A DNA stretch of 60,802 nt, the filler included, from an uncultured bacterium (GTDB taxonomy: Bacteria > UBP4 > UBA4092): assembly GCA_964644695.1 (NCBI GenBank). It is 3 parts of 2 records of this genome, joined end to end, with 100 filler letters (N's around TTAATTAATTAA, not from the genome) between each part and the next. Parts side by side here need not be neighbours in the genome. Positions count along the whole stretch, not along the records: positions 48,748 to 60,802 come from CAZXWN010000025.1; 2 more parts are not named here. One strand, given 5' to 3'. Both the position numbers and the translations under genes were made by a program. This document shows positions 49,450 through 59,560 of the stretch, one piece after another. How positions within the stretch are numbered: position 1 is the stretch's first letter; every line of letters starts with the position of its first letter. The notes beneath the pieces were generated by a model. The model was not told the DNA's origin. It saw only the letters and a list, made by a program, of their open reading frames with translations, and did no database searches.

Positions 49450-51483
49450 ATGAAATATGACCGGCAGGAAGAATTAACCCCATTGGGAGATTTTGAGACA
49501 TTACGACCCATTTTGGAAGAGTCGGCCTCGTACATCCGGCGAACCCTGGTAGAAATGATATATCACGCTAATCTGGACGCCCCCCGCCGCGGACATTATG
49601 GTTCATCTTCCTCATCCGTTGAAATAATGTTGACGGAGATAGTCCGGTTGATCAATCCTTACAATGATTTTGTTGCCTGGAAACCCCATGCCAGCCCTGG
49701 AGTCTATGTCCTGTTGTATCTTCTGGGTGAATTAACTCTGGATGACTTGAAGACACTTCGCCAACGGAACAGCCCCTGTCAGGCCTATTTCAATCAATGG
49801 TTGACTCCATTGATTCAAGTCTCTACGGGATGTATGGGATTTCCACTTCCCTTCTGTTGCGGCCGTGCCATGGGAGATAAGATTGAAAACCGTGACCGCC
49901 GGGTTTTTGTCAATCTCGGAGACGCTGAATTTACCATGCCGATGGGTGTCGAAACCATGCGCTTCGGAGAAATCCAACGGCTTCATAATTTCGGAGTGAT
50001 TGTGGATGATAACCGTCAATCCATGTCCGGCCTTACTTCTCATTTAATGGGAGACAGGCCTATCGAAGATTATTTCCGGTTCTTTGGATGGAATACTCTG
50101 GTGACTGATGGACATGATTTGGATCGGTTATGGGAAGCCTTCGCCGACATGGAACGCGAGATGCAAATCAACCGCCGACCTACCGCCCTGGTATGTAAAA
50201 CCAACAAGTGGGAAGGTCTTCCCCACCCGGAATCCATCGGGAATCATGCCCACATGGCCGGGTTTGATGAATCTACTTTACGGGAATATCGAGACAGTCT
50301 GGGAGTGGGGAACAAACCCCTGTTAATTCCACCCTCTTCTGAAATACAGGATTTCTTCAGAGAATTGTCCTCCCTGTTAAAAAAGAAAGCCGACACCCTG
50401 AAAAAGGATTCCAAATCCTTTATCACTCCTCCTATCCCCTCACTGGAACCCGTCACTTCCCGCAGTACTCTGGGAGCGGTCCAGGAATCCTTCAGTCATC
50501 TCCGTGAATCGGGCTTTGCCCGGGACCATATTTTATATGTGGACCCTGATTTAGGTAAGTTCCCCGGACTCCTTCCTAATGTGTCCGGTCCGGATTCTGT
50601 GGAAGGGGAAATGACTTCTCCTAAAAATCCGAAAGGGTTTGTAGTCCGTACTGGATTATCTGACCCCTTTGCTGTCGCCATTGCCGCCGGCCTGGGCCGG
50701 GACAGTCAACGCTATCCCATCATTCCATTGCTGGATGGGTTTGGGCTGCTGATATCAGAATCCCTTCGACAAGGGTCTCTGTCCGCATCTCATTTCATGG
50801 TTTTGGGAATCGAAACAAATGCCTGGGAGGGACTGACTCACCAACCTACCGGTGCCGCCAATACAGCCATCAGAGATTTACCGGACCGCCCCCGTGACAC
50901 ATGGGGAAGTGAATGGGAATATGGTGTTTACCATTATTATCCCTGCCACCCTCGTGAATCAGCCCTGATTTTTGAAGATTGTATTCAGTCCAAGAAACTG
51001 GCCTACCTGAAACTGAACAGCCAGACCGTTCCTTCTCTGGCGGGGACGGATTGGGAACAAGTCAGTGATAAAGATTACCTGAAGGGTGGATATATCGTAG
51101 GACCGGCATGGGAACATCCAGACTTGGTTATTGCAGCTACGGGCCGGGAAGTCTGGACCTCCTGGAAAGCGGTGAATCAGCTCAGAACTTCATACCCAGA
51201 TTTGAAAATACAATTTTCTGTCATCACCCTTTTGAATTTGCCCGTATCTCATCATCCCGAAGACCGGAAGTTATTACAAAGACTGATCCCCAATGGAGCG
51301 GCAGTGTTACGCGTGGCGGGACTTCCCCCGGATGCTTTGGGTACTGCTCGCGGTACTCGTGAAATCACTTTGAGTACCCGGTACCTCACCCAGAGTGAAA
51401 CTCAGGAAGAAGTAGCAACCGACCAGGGTTATTCATTAGAGGATATTCTTAAAGCATCCAGAGAACTACTCGGTACCGTGTAA
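49450..51483 (+). CDS. Divergent transketolase / 2-oxoacid dehydrogenase E1-like ThDP enzyme
   Basis: GHYGSSSS, KPHASP, STGCMG, GDAE...DDN ThDP motif, DGHD, EGLTHQP and VIAATG; GGAGG RBS. Confidence 0.82.
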   Translation: MKYDRQEELTPLGDFETLRPILEESASYIRRTLVEMIYHANLDAPRRGHYGSSSSSVEIMLTEIVRLINPYNDFVAWKPHASPGVYVLLYLLGELTLDDLKTLRQRNSPCQAYFNQWLTPLIQVSTGCMGFPLPFCCGRAMGDKIENRDRRVFVNLGDAEFTMPMGVETMRFGEIQRLHNFGVIVDDNRQSMSGLTSHLMGDRPIEDYFRFFGWNTLVTDGHDLDRLWEAFADMEREMQINRRPTALVCKTNKWEGLPHPESIGNHAHMAGFDESTLREYRDSLGVGNKPLLIPPSSEIQDFFRELSSLLKKKADTLKKDSKSFITPPIPSLEPVTSRSTLGAVQESFSHLRESGFARDHILYVDPDLGKFPGLLPNVSGPDSVEGEMTSPKNPKGFVVRTGLSDPFAVAIAAGLGRDSQRYPIIPLLDGFGLLISESLRQGSLSASHFMVLGIETNAWEGLTHQPTGAANTAIRDLPDRPRDTWGSEWEYGVYHYYPCHPRESALIFEDCIQSKKLAYLKLNSQTVPSLAGTDWEQVSDKDYLKGGYIVGPAWEHPDLVIAATGREVWTSWKAVNQLRTSYPDLKIQFSVITLLNLPVSHHPEDRKLLQRLIPNGAAVLRVAGLPPDALGTARGTREITLSTRYLTQSETQEEVATDQGYSLEDILKASRELLGTV

Positions 51484-51484
51484 A

Positions 51485-53047
51485 TTATCTCTGAGCTGTC
51501 CGCAGGATTTTAGCGAATCCCATCGGTTTGAGGAGGCAACTGGCGGTAGAGACTCCCCCCATTAATGCTCCAGCAATTCCATGGCTGGCAGCATCTACGC
51601 CCGTAATGTATAAATTCTGGATGGGAGATTCCGCCTGTAACCACTTAGCCCGATACCGTTGAGGGGTTCCGGGAATCCCAAAGATATTCCCATTCCGATG
51701 ACCGGTGTAATGTTCCATGGTCAGAGGGGTTGCCAGTTCGTGATACTCTATCAAGTCCGCAAATCCAGGCAGTCGTTTATCGACAAACTTTATCAGAGAT
51801 TTACTGATAGTTTCTTTTAACTTTGAAAAGTCTTCTTCCGTACTGTTTTTCTTCCAATCAATAACTGATCGGTAATCCAATGGGGCCATAATTTCAGCGG
51901 TTGGAGTCCGAGCTGCCGGGTTTTTCAATGACGGAAAAGACAAATAACATAAACAAGGTTTTCCCTCTATTAATTGATTATGTCGGGCATAGATGTCCTC
52001 ATGGTCATAACTATCAAAGAACCAGTGATTTTCTCCCCGAACTTTCAATACAGAGGGTGACTGAGTCAGTCCCAAATACAACTGCACTACAGAAAATCCT
52101 TGGTGCAAAGCTTCCAGTTCATCTCTAAACTCAATGTCCACTTTTTCGGGTAACAATCGAATGTAGGTATTATAGGCTCCTGCGGCAGATACAATGACCG
52201 GAGCAAAGAACTCTTTTTCAACATAACTCCTGCCTTCATGAGCACGCACCCTTACTCCAACGGCTTCCCCTTTTCGTATAATAATTTCACGAGCCTCATG
52301 ATGGAGCAGACATTCTCCCCCTGCCCTCTGGATGACAGGAAGTATTCCTTCCGCAATTTGACCGGCACCTCCAACGGGATAATAGGCACCTTCGAGATAG
52401 TGATACACTACCTGGGCATGGGTAGCAAAAGCACTCTGAGATGGGGGTAATCCATAGGTCCCCCACTGGGAGGCTAAAACGGCTTTTAATTTTTGATTTT
52501 TAAAATGGGAGTTCAGATAATGTTGAGTCGTCTGCAGGGCAAAATCTTCTGTTTTTTGCTCGAAACTTTCCAGATGTTCTTTAACAAAAGAAGGCGTGGA
52601 CTTTAATGACCGATGACAAGCCAACCATCCAGCCACCAGTTTTACATCTTTGAAATATTGGCGAATGGCTCTTGCCTCTGATGGGAATTTATGAAGTAAC
52701 TCCGCCCGATAGACTTTCTCTTTGGCCGGGACCTCAAACGATAAGTCTGGATAAACAAACTTCTCAAAAGGATCAGGTAAGGCAACCCACTCCACCTGGT
52801 CCTCCGTAATATAATCCATTATTTTTCGGAGCGGAGAATCTACTCCCATTTGGCCGACATAGTGAAGACCCACATCCCAACTTCTTCCCCCCGGCCGGAA
52901 ATATGATTGAGAGAATCCACCGACAGCATGGTGTCTTTCAAGAAGCAATACTTTTGAGCCCCTCATTCGGCTCATTAAACCTGCGAAGGCCAAAGCTCCT
53001 ACCCCGGAGCCGATGACGATGATGTCATATCCCTGTGATTTAGTCAT
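51485..53047 (-). CDS. Phytoene desaturase / retinol saturase-like FAD oxidoreductase
   Basis: YDIIVIGSGVGAL, WDVGLHYVG, GAYYPVGG, ATPLTMEHY and NLYITGVD motifs. Confidence 0.88.
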   Translation of the reverse strand: MTKSQGYDIIVIGSGVGALAFAGLMSRMRGSKVLLLERHHAVGGFSQSYFRPGGRSWDVGLHYVGQMGVDSPLRKIMDYITEDQVEWVALPDPFEKFVYPDLSFEVPAKEKVYRAELLHKFPSEARAIRQYFKDVKLVAGWLACHRSLKSTPSFVKEHLESFEQKTEDFALQTTQHYLNSHFKNQKLKAVLASQWGTYGLPPSQSAFATHAQVVYHYLEGAYYPVGGAGQIAEGILPVIQRAGGECLLHHEAREIIIRKGEAVGVRVRAHEGRSYVEKEFFAPVIVSAAGAYNTYIRLLPEKVDIEFRDELEALHQGFSVVQLYLGLTQSPSVLKVRGENHWFFDSYDHEDIYARHNQLIEGKPCLCYLSFPSLKNPAARTPTAEIMAPLDYRSVIDWKKNSTEEDFSKLKETISKSLIKFVDKRLPGFADLIEYHELATPLTMEHYTGHRNGNIFGIPGTPQRYRAKWLQAESPIQNLYITGVDAASHGIAGALMGGVSTASCLLKPMGFAKILRTAQR

Positions 53048-53146
53048 GCTCGCACATCCGATACCTCGTTCTTTTTTCATGCTAGCACGATTCAATTCTA
53101 TCAGGTTAGGAATTTATTCCGAGTTATCCAGTTTTGATTATCAATG

Positions 53147-53177
53147 AAAAAGGCGGAAATCCCTGAGGATTTCCGCC
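53147..53177 (-). terminator. Intrinsic terminator
   Basis: GGCGGAAATCC/GGATTTCCGCC stem with a U tract. Confidence 0.8.
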
Positions 53178-53198
53178 CTGGTAACAATCTGACTTGGT

Positions 53199-56066
53199 TT
53201 ATTTTACGCCTGTGACCGCCAGCACAATCGGACAGGCTACCGTATTGGCAGATTCCACGACAATGGACTGGATTGTCTTCGTCGGTGAAGGATTGGTCCA
53301 GATGATATCACGGACCGAAACATATTCACCCGATGGGGTTTTCTTTTTCCAGGCAACCCTGCCATTAGTCAGGCTTTCCTTGGTATTCGTGATTCGGGTG
53401 TCATTAAACGCCCAGGCATTTTTACCATATATCAACGGAAGTGTATGACTTGTTCCATCAGTATATTTCACAACAATGTTTCCGGTGAGGGTATTGTCAT
53501 TTTCCCGGAATCCGGAAGTCATCAGGAAGTGAATTTCACTGGCCTGTTGATTTTTCACATCCAAGGTGACGGAGGTAGGATATTTCCCGGAAGGATTCAT
53601 CCGACCGGCCAACATGACCGCAGAATCACCTTTACCATTGGGTTTCACATTAAACCGAGTTTCTTCCAATATCAGCTGGCCTTTCGGGAAACCGGATAAA
53701 TCCAGGCTGTTCCCAAATCCAATCCATCCTGAACCTGTCTTCGTGTCAACCAAAGGCCGGTTATAAACAGGACTCAAATCAACCATAAACCCTGATTTTG
53801 GATTTAATACAGGCTGTTTTCCAAACCATGTATCTATGAATAATTGTGGAGCATCAAAGGGTAAATCTTCCGGTAAAGTCGTATCACCAGACCAGAAATA
53901 ATGATCCGCCCAGAGGTAGGCCCAGTATTGCATCCAGTTTTTCGGGTCATCCGTAATCTTCATATCAAATCCAGCCCATGTAGTCTGGAGCATTCCCATT
54001 GACTTGGTACTGACAGCGGTCAGAGTGAAATTCCGAATATTGGCAGGAAGATACCAGGTACATCCTATGGCCTTCTTCCCCGCCTGTCTAAAGAGGTCGA
54101 GTGATTTGAAGGACTCAGGGGCACCGATTCCGTAATGCCAGTCATTCACAACATAACTGTCCGATAGATGTTCACGAGCCCATTTTGCAATGGCAGTATC
54201 ACGGGCATTTGTCGCATCTGGATCATCACCGACAGACAGGAACATATCTCCCCATAGCATAGGAGTTTTACCCCGTTTACCTAACCATTCAGCGATATAG
54301 TTCTGGTCATCAACCATCACTTCCCAGGGGTCTTTTCCGGTCCGTTTTTCAATATGGGCGCAGATGGGATTTCCCTGGACATTGATTTCACACTCAGCAA
54401 TATGGAAGTACTTGGAATCAAACATTCCCATGGCTTCATCATAAATATCAAACAGAAGTTCATAACTCTTCGGATTATCCGCACAATAACTGTCTTTTCG
54501 AGTTGTATCTTCACAGATATCCAGATGGGCACCGGTTTGGAATAACCATCGTGACTGACCCAAGGCAGCGATACAGGGAATCACATCAATAAAATACTTT
54601 TTCCCAGTATCCAGGACTTTCTGAGCATCCGCTTTTTCCATACCAATGTTCGGATTATGCAGTTCAGGGTGTCTGTCCCACTTAATATATTCACAACTCC
54701 ATAAGAGACTGTTTGTTTTAAATCGGGCCTGTAAATCACGCACAGCCTTCGACTGTTCATCACCCCGGTTTTTCCCGGTGTACATGTGGATTCCACGGAA
54801 GTCCAGTGTTGGATAGTCATTAATACGGCCGGATTTCAGTGAAACACCCTTTTCATCTACTTTGACCATCTGAATCAATGAGGTTAAGGCATAGAAAATC
54901 CCCTGGTCAGAATGGGCAGACACCTGGACCGTTTTAGGAGTTACGGAAAGACTGTATCCTTCAGGATGAACAGGTAATTTGAGTTTTGCATTCAGATTAA
55001 TCCCAGCATCCTTAGAACCTGCGGTTTGTTTCACAACAACAGGAGTGACTTTATAATTTTTCTGTAATTCATCCGTGAAGAACTGAACGGCATTTAATAA
55101 GGCGGGACTGGGGTTCTCACCCACATATATCTTGGTTGTGTTAGATAAGGGATAACCACCTTTACCCCATTTCAAGGACTTTGGTTGCGGAATGATGATG
55201 GAAGGATCACAATGGGGGATCCGAGCATCTCCGATTGCGTTCACTGTCGGTGTGAAGGTCATTCCGGCCGAGGTCTTGGCAATTTTGTCAGTCGTTTTAG
55301 GGAAATTCAGAGTGAGTCCATAATGATGTTGTTTCCCGTTCACAACCTTTTCACCCAGGAACCCCATCCAGAACATGGGTGCTGCACCCGGCAATACCCA
55401 ATCAACCCGACGATAATCCAACCAATGAAATCCCTCTTCGGGAGTGGTGTCCATCACCATCTCAACAGGTCCAAAAGTGGTTTCCCATTGTACGGACTTG
55501 AATTTTCGCCCCATGACAGCATCACTGGAAGTCACGCCTGTCTCACCCGCACCCAAGGCATATACACCATTCACTTTTTTCCCATCAGGATAAGTGATTG
55601 TATAAGGTTTGCCGGCAAAGGGTGTAGAGTAAAACATTCCTGGATTCCAGTCGAAAAAAGCGGCCTGGGTAGGATTACTGAAAGTGAATTCCAGGTCATT
55701 GGAATAGACATTGTCTTTGGTCAGAGTGAAGGTTTCTACTCCCGAAATGGGCCATTTATTATTTTTGGCGGTTTGATGATATATCTTGATAATAACTTTA
55801 TCGGCACTGCGTTCTATTTTTGCAGTTTCAATAATATCTTTTTTGAATGACGGGTCATAAAATACACCCGCCCACCGGGGCCAGATGATAAACAGCCGGC
55901 TTCCATTTATTACAGGAACACCATAGGCACTGACACGAGCACCATCTTCAGCCGTGTATTGAAACTCCAAATCCCCCATCTTTTCGGAGATCGTTGGGAC
56001 CGACCAGACTGAAGCTATCAAAGCAACGCTGGCCAACAAAACACCTAACACCTTACTTTTTCTCAT
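53199..56066 (-). CDS. Secreted GH20-like multidomain protein (hexosaminidase fold, atypical catalytic motif)
   Basis: Signal peptide; IIPQPKSL, PEGYSLSV, GIFYALTSLIQM, INDYPTLDFRGIH, PMLWGDM, DWHY and QTTWAG motifs. Confidence 0.82.
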   Translation of the reverse strand: MRKSKVLGVLLASVALIASVWSVPTISEKMGDLEFQYTAEDGARVSAYGVPVINGSRLFIIWPRWAGVFYDPSFKKDIIETAKIERSADKVIIKIYHQTAKNNKWPISGVETFTLTKDNVYSNDLEFTFSNPTQAAFFDWNPGMFYSTPFAGKPYTITYPDGKKVNGVYALGAGETGVTSSDAVMGRKFKSVQWETTFGPVEMVMDTTPEEGFHWLDYRRVDWVLPGAAPMFWMGFLGEKVVNGKQHHYGLTLNFPKTTDKIAKTSAGMTFTPTVNAIGDARIPHCDPSIIIPQPKSLKWGKGGYPLSNTTKIYVGENPSPALLNAVQFFTDELQKNYKVTPVVVKQTAGSKDAGINLNAKLKLPVHPEGYSLSVTPKTVQVSAHSDQGIFYALTSLIQMVKVDEKGVSLKSGRINDYPTLDFRGIHMYTGKNRGDEQSKAVRDLQARFKTNSLLWSCEYIKWDRHPELHNPNIGMEKADAQKVLDTGKKYFIDVIPCIAALGQSRWLFQTGAHLDICEDTTRKDSYCADNPKSYELLFDIYDEAMGMFDSKYFHIAECEINVQGNPICAHIEKRTGKDPWEVMVDDQNYIAEWLGKRGKTPMLWGDMFLSVGDDPDATNARDTAIAKWAREHLSDSYVVNDWHYGIGAPESFKSLDLFRQAGKKAIGCTWYLPANIRNFTLTAVSTKSMGMLQTTWAGFDMKITDDPKNWMQYWAYLWADHYFWSGDTTLPEDLPFDAPQLFIDTWFGKQPVLNPKSGFMVDLSPVYNRPLVDTKTGSGWIGFGNSLDLSGFPKGQLILEETRFNVKPNGKGDSAVMLAGRMNPSGKYPTSVTLDVKNQQASEIHFLMTSGFRENDNTLTGNIVVKYTDGTSHTLPLIYGKNAWAFNDTRITNTKESLTNGRVAWKKKTPSGEYVSVRDIIWTNPSPTKTIQSIVVESANTVACPIVLAVTGVK

Positions 56067-56138
56067 AACAATTCACCTTTTCCCTAAAATACAAAATATT
56101 CATTATTCTAATGGATTATGGTTGATATGTGGAGTGTC

Positions 56139-56624
56139 TTAATGGGATGAATATAATCGGCAGGCCAATTCAGCCATCCGCCGAGCATAATTCCGGCAAC
56201 AATTCAAGGACCTTTCATCCGGGGTCTTAATTCCCACAGGCCCATAATGGTCACCCTGATGCATCCCCAGAACCACCATTCCATGAATCAACCAGGCATG
56301 ATGAATATTGAGAAGCGTTGTTTCATTCCCGCCGCCAATATTGGCAGAACTGGTAAAAGCGCCTCCCAGTTTTCCAGCCAGTTCCCCATGATATTTCACA
56401 GAATCATCAATCAACTTCTTACATTCCCAGGGCATACTGCCATAATAAGTCGGAGCACCCATTATCAAAACATCGTAATTTTTCAATTCAGAAGGCTCTA
56501 CTTCCACCACAGGTTTCAAATCCACTTCAATCCCGGAAACTTGCTTCATACTTTCGGAAATTTCCTGGGCCATCACCTGGGTATTACCCGTCCGGGTATA
56601 GTACATTACCAATACTTTCGGCAT
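56139..56624 (-). CDS. Flavodoxin / WrbA-like NAD(P)H-dependent oxidoreductase
   Basis: YYTRTGNT, GAPTYYGSM and GKLGGAFTSSANIGGGNET motifs; GAGGA RBS. Confidence 0.9.
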   Translation of the reverse strand: MPKVLVMYYTRTGNTQVMAQEISESMKQVSGIEVDLKPVVEVEPSELKNYDVLIMGAPTYYGSMPWECKKLIDDSVKYHGELAGKLGGAFTSSANIGGGNETTLLNIHHAWLIHGMVVLGMHQGDHYGPVGIKTPDERSLNCCRNYARRMAELACRLYSSH

Positions 56625-56698
56625 AGTCAATCCTCACTCTTTATTTACGTAATATTTTAATAATAAACGATTCTCAGTGCCGCATGAAACGAATAAAT

Positions 56699-56726
56699 AA
56701 AAAGGGACGGCATTAACTGCCGTCCC
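56699..56726 (-). terminator. Intrinsic terminator
   Basis: GGGACGGCA/TGCCGTCCC stem with a U tract. Confidence 0.75.
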
Positions 56727-56753
56727 GTGTAAAACATAACTCTCTGGAATACA

Positions 56754-58091
56754 TTAGGGCTTCAGATAGGTCTTGAACCAATCCGCATTTTCCTGCCGCA
56801 TAATGGGAGAGATTTCATGATCTGCCATCGGATCCATCACCAATTTGCGAGTCACACCCGCGGGAATCCGGTTATGGGCAACAATACCGCCCAACGGAGG
56901 ACAGACGCGATCTGTTAATCCAACGGTAATCTGAACAGGACATTTGATGGATTCGGCCAGGTTAACAGGGTCACAATACATCAGTGATTTCTGTGCCATC
57001 TTTCCAATTTTCGGATCCAGCATCTTATCTAAAATAGGCTGACCGAATGAGTAGAACTTCGAATAATCCCATAAATTACATATATAGGGCACATTAGCAC
57101 AGGCGGCTTTCACTCGGGAATCCAAACCTGCTGCCGCAAGAGCAAAGGCACCACCCTGACTCCCACCTTCCTGACCTAATCTGTTTGCATCCACTTCAGG
57201 ACGGGAAGACAAGAAATCCAAACCCCGAACAATGTCCATGTAGGCCCCAGTGTAATAATATTCATCAGGATTTTCGACTTTATAGAGATGGTGTCCTGCG
57301 GGTAAAGGCCAGAATTCCTTACTGGGTCCGTGTCCACGGGGGTTCATGGATAAGGTAATGTATCCATCCGCAGTTCGGTCAATCGGTGTTTCTTCCGCAC
57401 CATATCCCGGAGCAATCTGGATGGCAGGATATTTCTTTCCATTAGGGGTAGGACTCAGAGGGTCCACATCATTGGGAACAAAATACCAGGCCGCAATTGT
57501 CATTCCACCATAGGATTGCATCACTATTTTGTAGCAGTTTCCAGTAGCGGACTTCTTCTCAGGAACAGGCGTGATTACCGCATTCATCGGAACCGCGGCT
57601 AATTTGGCCTTTTTGTCTGCCCAGAATTGTTCAAAATCTTTGGGCCGTTTAGTCTTGGCGTTGCCTTTATAATCCATGACAGATTTGGTCATATCAAATT
57701 TCGCACGCCAGTTCCCGACAAAATCGGGTTTTTCAGGATTGACCAGTTTTTCGACTCGGACACCCAAAATATCAGGTTGCCCACGAGTCGGTAATACGAA
57801 AGAAACCGTTTCTGTGGCCATGGCTTCACGAACCATCAGGCAAGTTTCTACCAGAGTAGCTCCTTTAGGATTATCCAGAGCATAAGCTGTAAACCGAAGC
57901 CGAATCGTAGAATCTTCGGCATTTCCGTTGGGGACAGCCTCCATGGAAGGATACCCTCCCTCAACAGCCGGGTGAAATCGGAAGTCCATTGGTCGCATCA
58001 CCCGGGTGGGTGCGATCGTTGTGGTTAATGTGGCCATCAGTACTAAAAATCCTTTCAGTACGAATCGGGGGAAAAGTTGTGTTTTCATCAT
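56754..58091 (-). CDS. Secreted acetyl xylan esterase / cephalosporin-C deacetylase-like (CE7), paralog 1
   Basis: RPKDFEQFW, NPRGHG, GGSQGG nucleophile, DRVCPP and ADHE motifs. Confidence 0.88.
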   Translation of the reverse strand: MMKTQLFPRFVLKGFLVLMATLTTTIAPTRVMRPMDFRFHPAVEGGYPSMEAVPNGNAEDSTIRLRFTAYALDNPKGATLVETCLMVREAMATETVSFVLPTRGQPDILGVRVEKLVNPEKPDFVGNWRAKFDMTKSVMDYKGNAKTKRPKDFEQFWADKKAKLAAVPMNAVITPVPEKKSATGNCYKIVMQSYGGMTIAAWYFVPNDVDPLSPTPNGKKYPAIQIAPGYGAEETPIDRTADGYITLSMNPRGHGPSKEFWPLPAGHHLYKVENPDEYYYTGAYMDIVRGLDFLSSRPEVDANRLGQEGGSQGGAFALAAAGLDSRVKAACANVPYICNLWDYSKFYSFGQPILDKMLDPKIGKMAQKSLMYCDPVNLAESIKCPVQITVGLTDRVCPPLGGIVAHNRIPAGVTRKLVMDPMADHEISPIMRQENADWFKTYLKP

Positions 58092-58135
58092 GGAGAAAAT
58101 TATAACATTCCTTATTAAGGTGTAAAAAATATAAT

Positions 58136-58172
58136 AAAAAAAGCCCGAAGAACCAAGAGGTCCTTCGGGCTT
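58136..58172 (-). terminator. Intrinsic terminator
   Basis: AAGCCCGAAG...CTTCGGGCTT stem with a U tract. Confidence 0.8.
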
Positions 58173-58188
58173 ATCCAGTTAGTTTCTA

Positions 58189-59499
58189 TTATTTTTTTAG
58201 CCAAGTATTCTGCCAAATGACTTTTTCATGTCCAAATAGTGGGGCAATTTCGTGATCTGCCATCGGGTCCGTGACCAGGGCACGCGGCACACCAGCCGGA
58301 ACGCGATTCAAAGCAACCACACCATTGAGTGGGGGACAAACCTGGTCTTGCAGTCCCACAGTAACCATAATTGGACACTGGATGCTTTCCGCAATGTTAG
58401 CAGGGTCATGATACATCAGGGTCTGTTGAACCTTCTTACCGATTTTGGGGTCTTCCATCAGGGTTTGGAATTTGCGAGATACCATTGGCCCAAAATCTCT
58501 AAGATTAACAATGAACGGCACATAAGCCACACCACACCGAATCCGATGGTCTAATCCACAAAGGGCTATTGTAAAAGCACCCCCCTGGCTGGATCCTTCC
58601 ACTCCCACTCGAGTCGTATCCACTTCCGGACGGGAGAACAGGAAATCCAATCCCCGAATACAATCCAGATATGCACCATGGTAATAATATTCTTTGGGGT
58701 CTTCTACCCGATAATACTGATGGTCCCCAGGTAACGGCCAATATTCATTGCTGGCACCGTGTCCTCTGGGATTCATGGACAGTGTAATATATCCCTCGTC
58801 CGTCCGGTCATAGGGCCCCTGTGGACAGGCATATCCAGGTTGGGCTTGAATGGCAGGATACTTCTTGGTAGTTTTTTCCGGATGGAATAAATCAACTTCC
58901 TTGGGAGTCATCACCCAGGAAACAACGGTCACATTTCCATAGGAGGCCAATAAAACCTTATATAACCGACCCGTGGGTGACGATGTCTTTTCCTCAGTAA
59001 TAATGGGTTTCAAAGGAATAGCATCCAAATCTTTACGAGCCTGGGCCCAGAATTGATCAAAATCTTTGGGCCGCTTGGTCAAAGGATTACCATTGTAAGT
59101 TAAGTTGGACTGGCCATTACGATAGAGAGCTGCCCAAAATCCAATTTTCTTCGTTGTCTGAGTATCCAGAACTTCTTCCACCCGAACACCGATATAATCC
59201 TGATGTCCTCGGGTTGGCAGTATAAAAGATACTGTTTCAGTTGCTTTGGCATCACGGACACTTAAAACATGTTCCACAGTATCCCAAGCCACACAAGTAA
59301 ACCGGATTGTCTTGACTGCATCATCCGCTCGGCCGGTCGGATAGGCCGTCATCGAAGGTGTCCCGCCTCCCATCGCCGGGTCAAATCGAATATCCATGGG
59401 TCGAGTCACCTTGGCGTAAGTATAGTCAATTAATGAGGTTGCTAACATGAGGAGAGGTAACCCTTTCCTAATTAAAAAAGAAATAAGTGAAGTTTTCAT
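58189..59499 (-). CDS. Secreted CE7-like esterase, paralog 2
   Basis: RPKDFDQFW, NPRGHG, GSSQGG, DQVCPP and ADHE motifs. Confidence 0.88.
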   Translation of the reverse strand: MKTSLISFLIRKGLPLLMLATSLIDYTYAKVTRPMDIRFDPAMGGGTPSMTAYPTGRADDAVKTIRFTCVAWDTVEHVLSVRDAKATETVSFILPTRGHQDYIGVRVEEVLDTQTTKKIGFWAALYRNGQSNLTYNGNPLTKRPKDFDQFWAQARKDLDAIPLKPIITEEKTSSPTGRLYKVLLASYGNVTVVSWVMTPKEVDLFHPEKTTKKYPAIQAQPGYACPQGPYDRTDEGYITLSMNPRGHGASNEYWPLPGDHQYYRVEDPKEYYYHGAYLDCIRGLDFLFSRPEVDTTRVGVEGSSQGGAFTIALCGLDHRIRCGVAYVPFIVNLRDFGPMVSRKFQTLMEDPKIGKKVQQTLMYHDPANIAESIQCPIMVTVGLQDQVCPPLNGVVALNRVPAGVPRALVTDPMADHEIAPLFGHEKVIWQNTWLKK

Positions 59500-59560
59500 A
59501 ATGGATAAATTATACCATTCATAGAACCCTGTAAAAAATCTGAGGAAATATCATCCTTTA

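Noticed and set aside
47252-53047. Polyprenyl synthase plus phytoene-desaturase-like gene as a carotenoid cluster
   Set aside because: They are on different contigs separated by an artificial linker, and no phytoene synthase is present.
55185-55850. 221-aa plus-strand ORF and many other 60-165-aa ORFs
   Set aside because: Antisense or out-of-frame shadows of well-supported genes, with no recognisable motifs.
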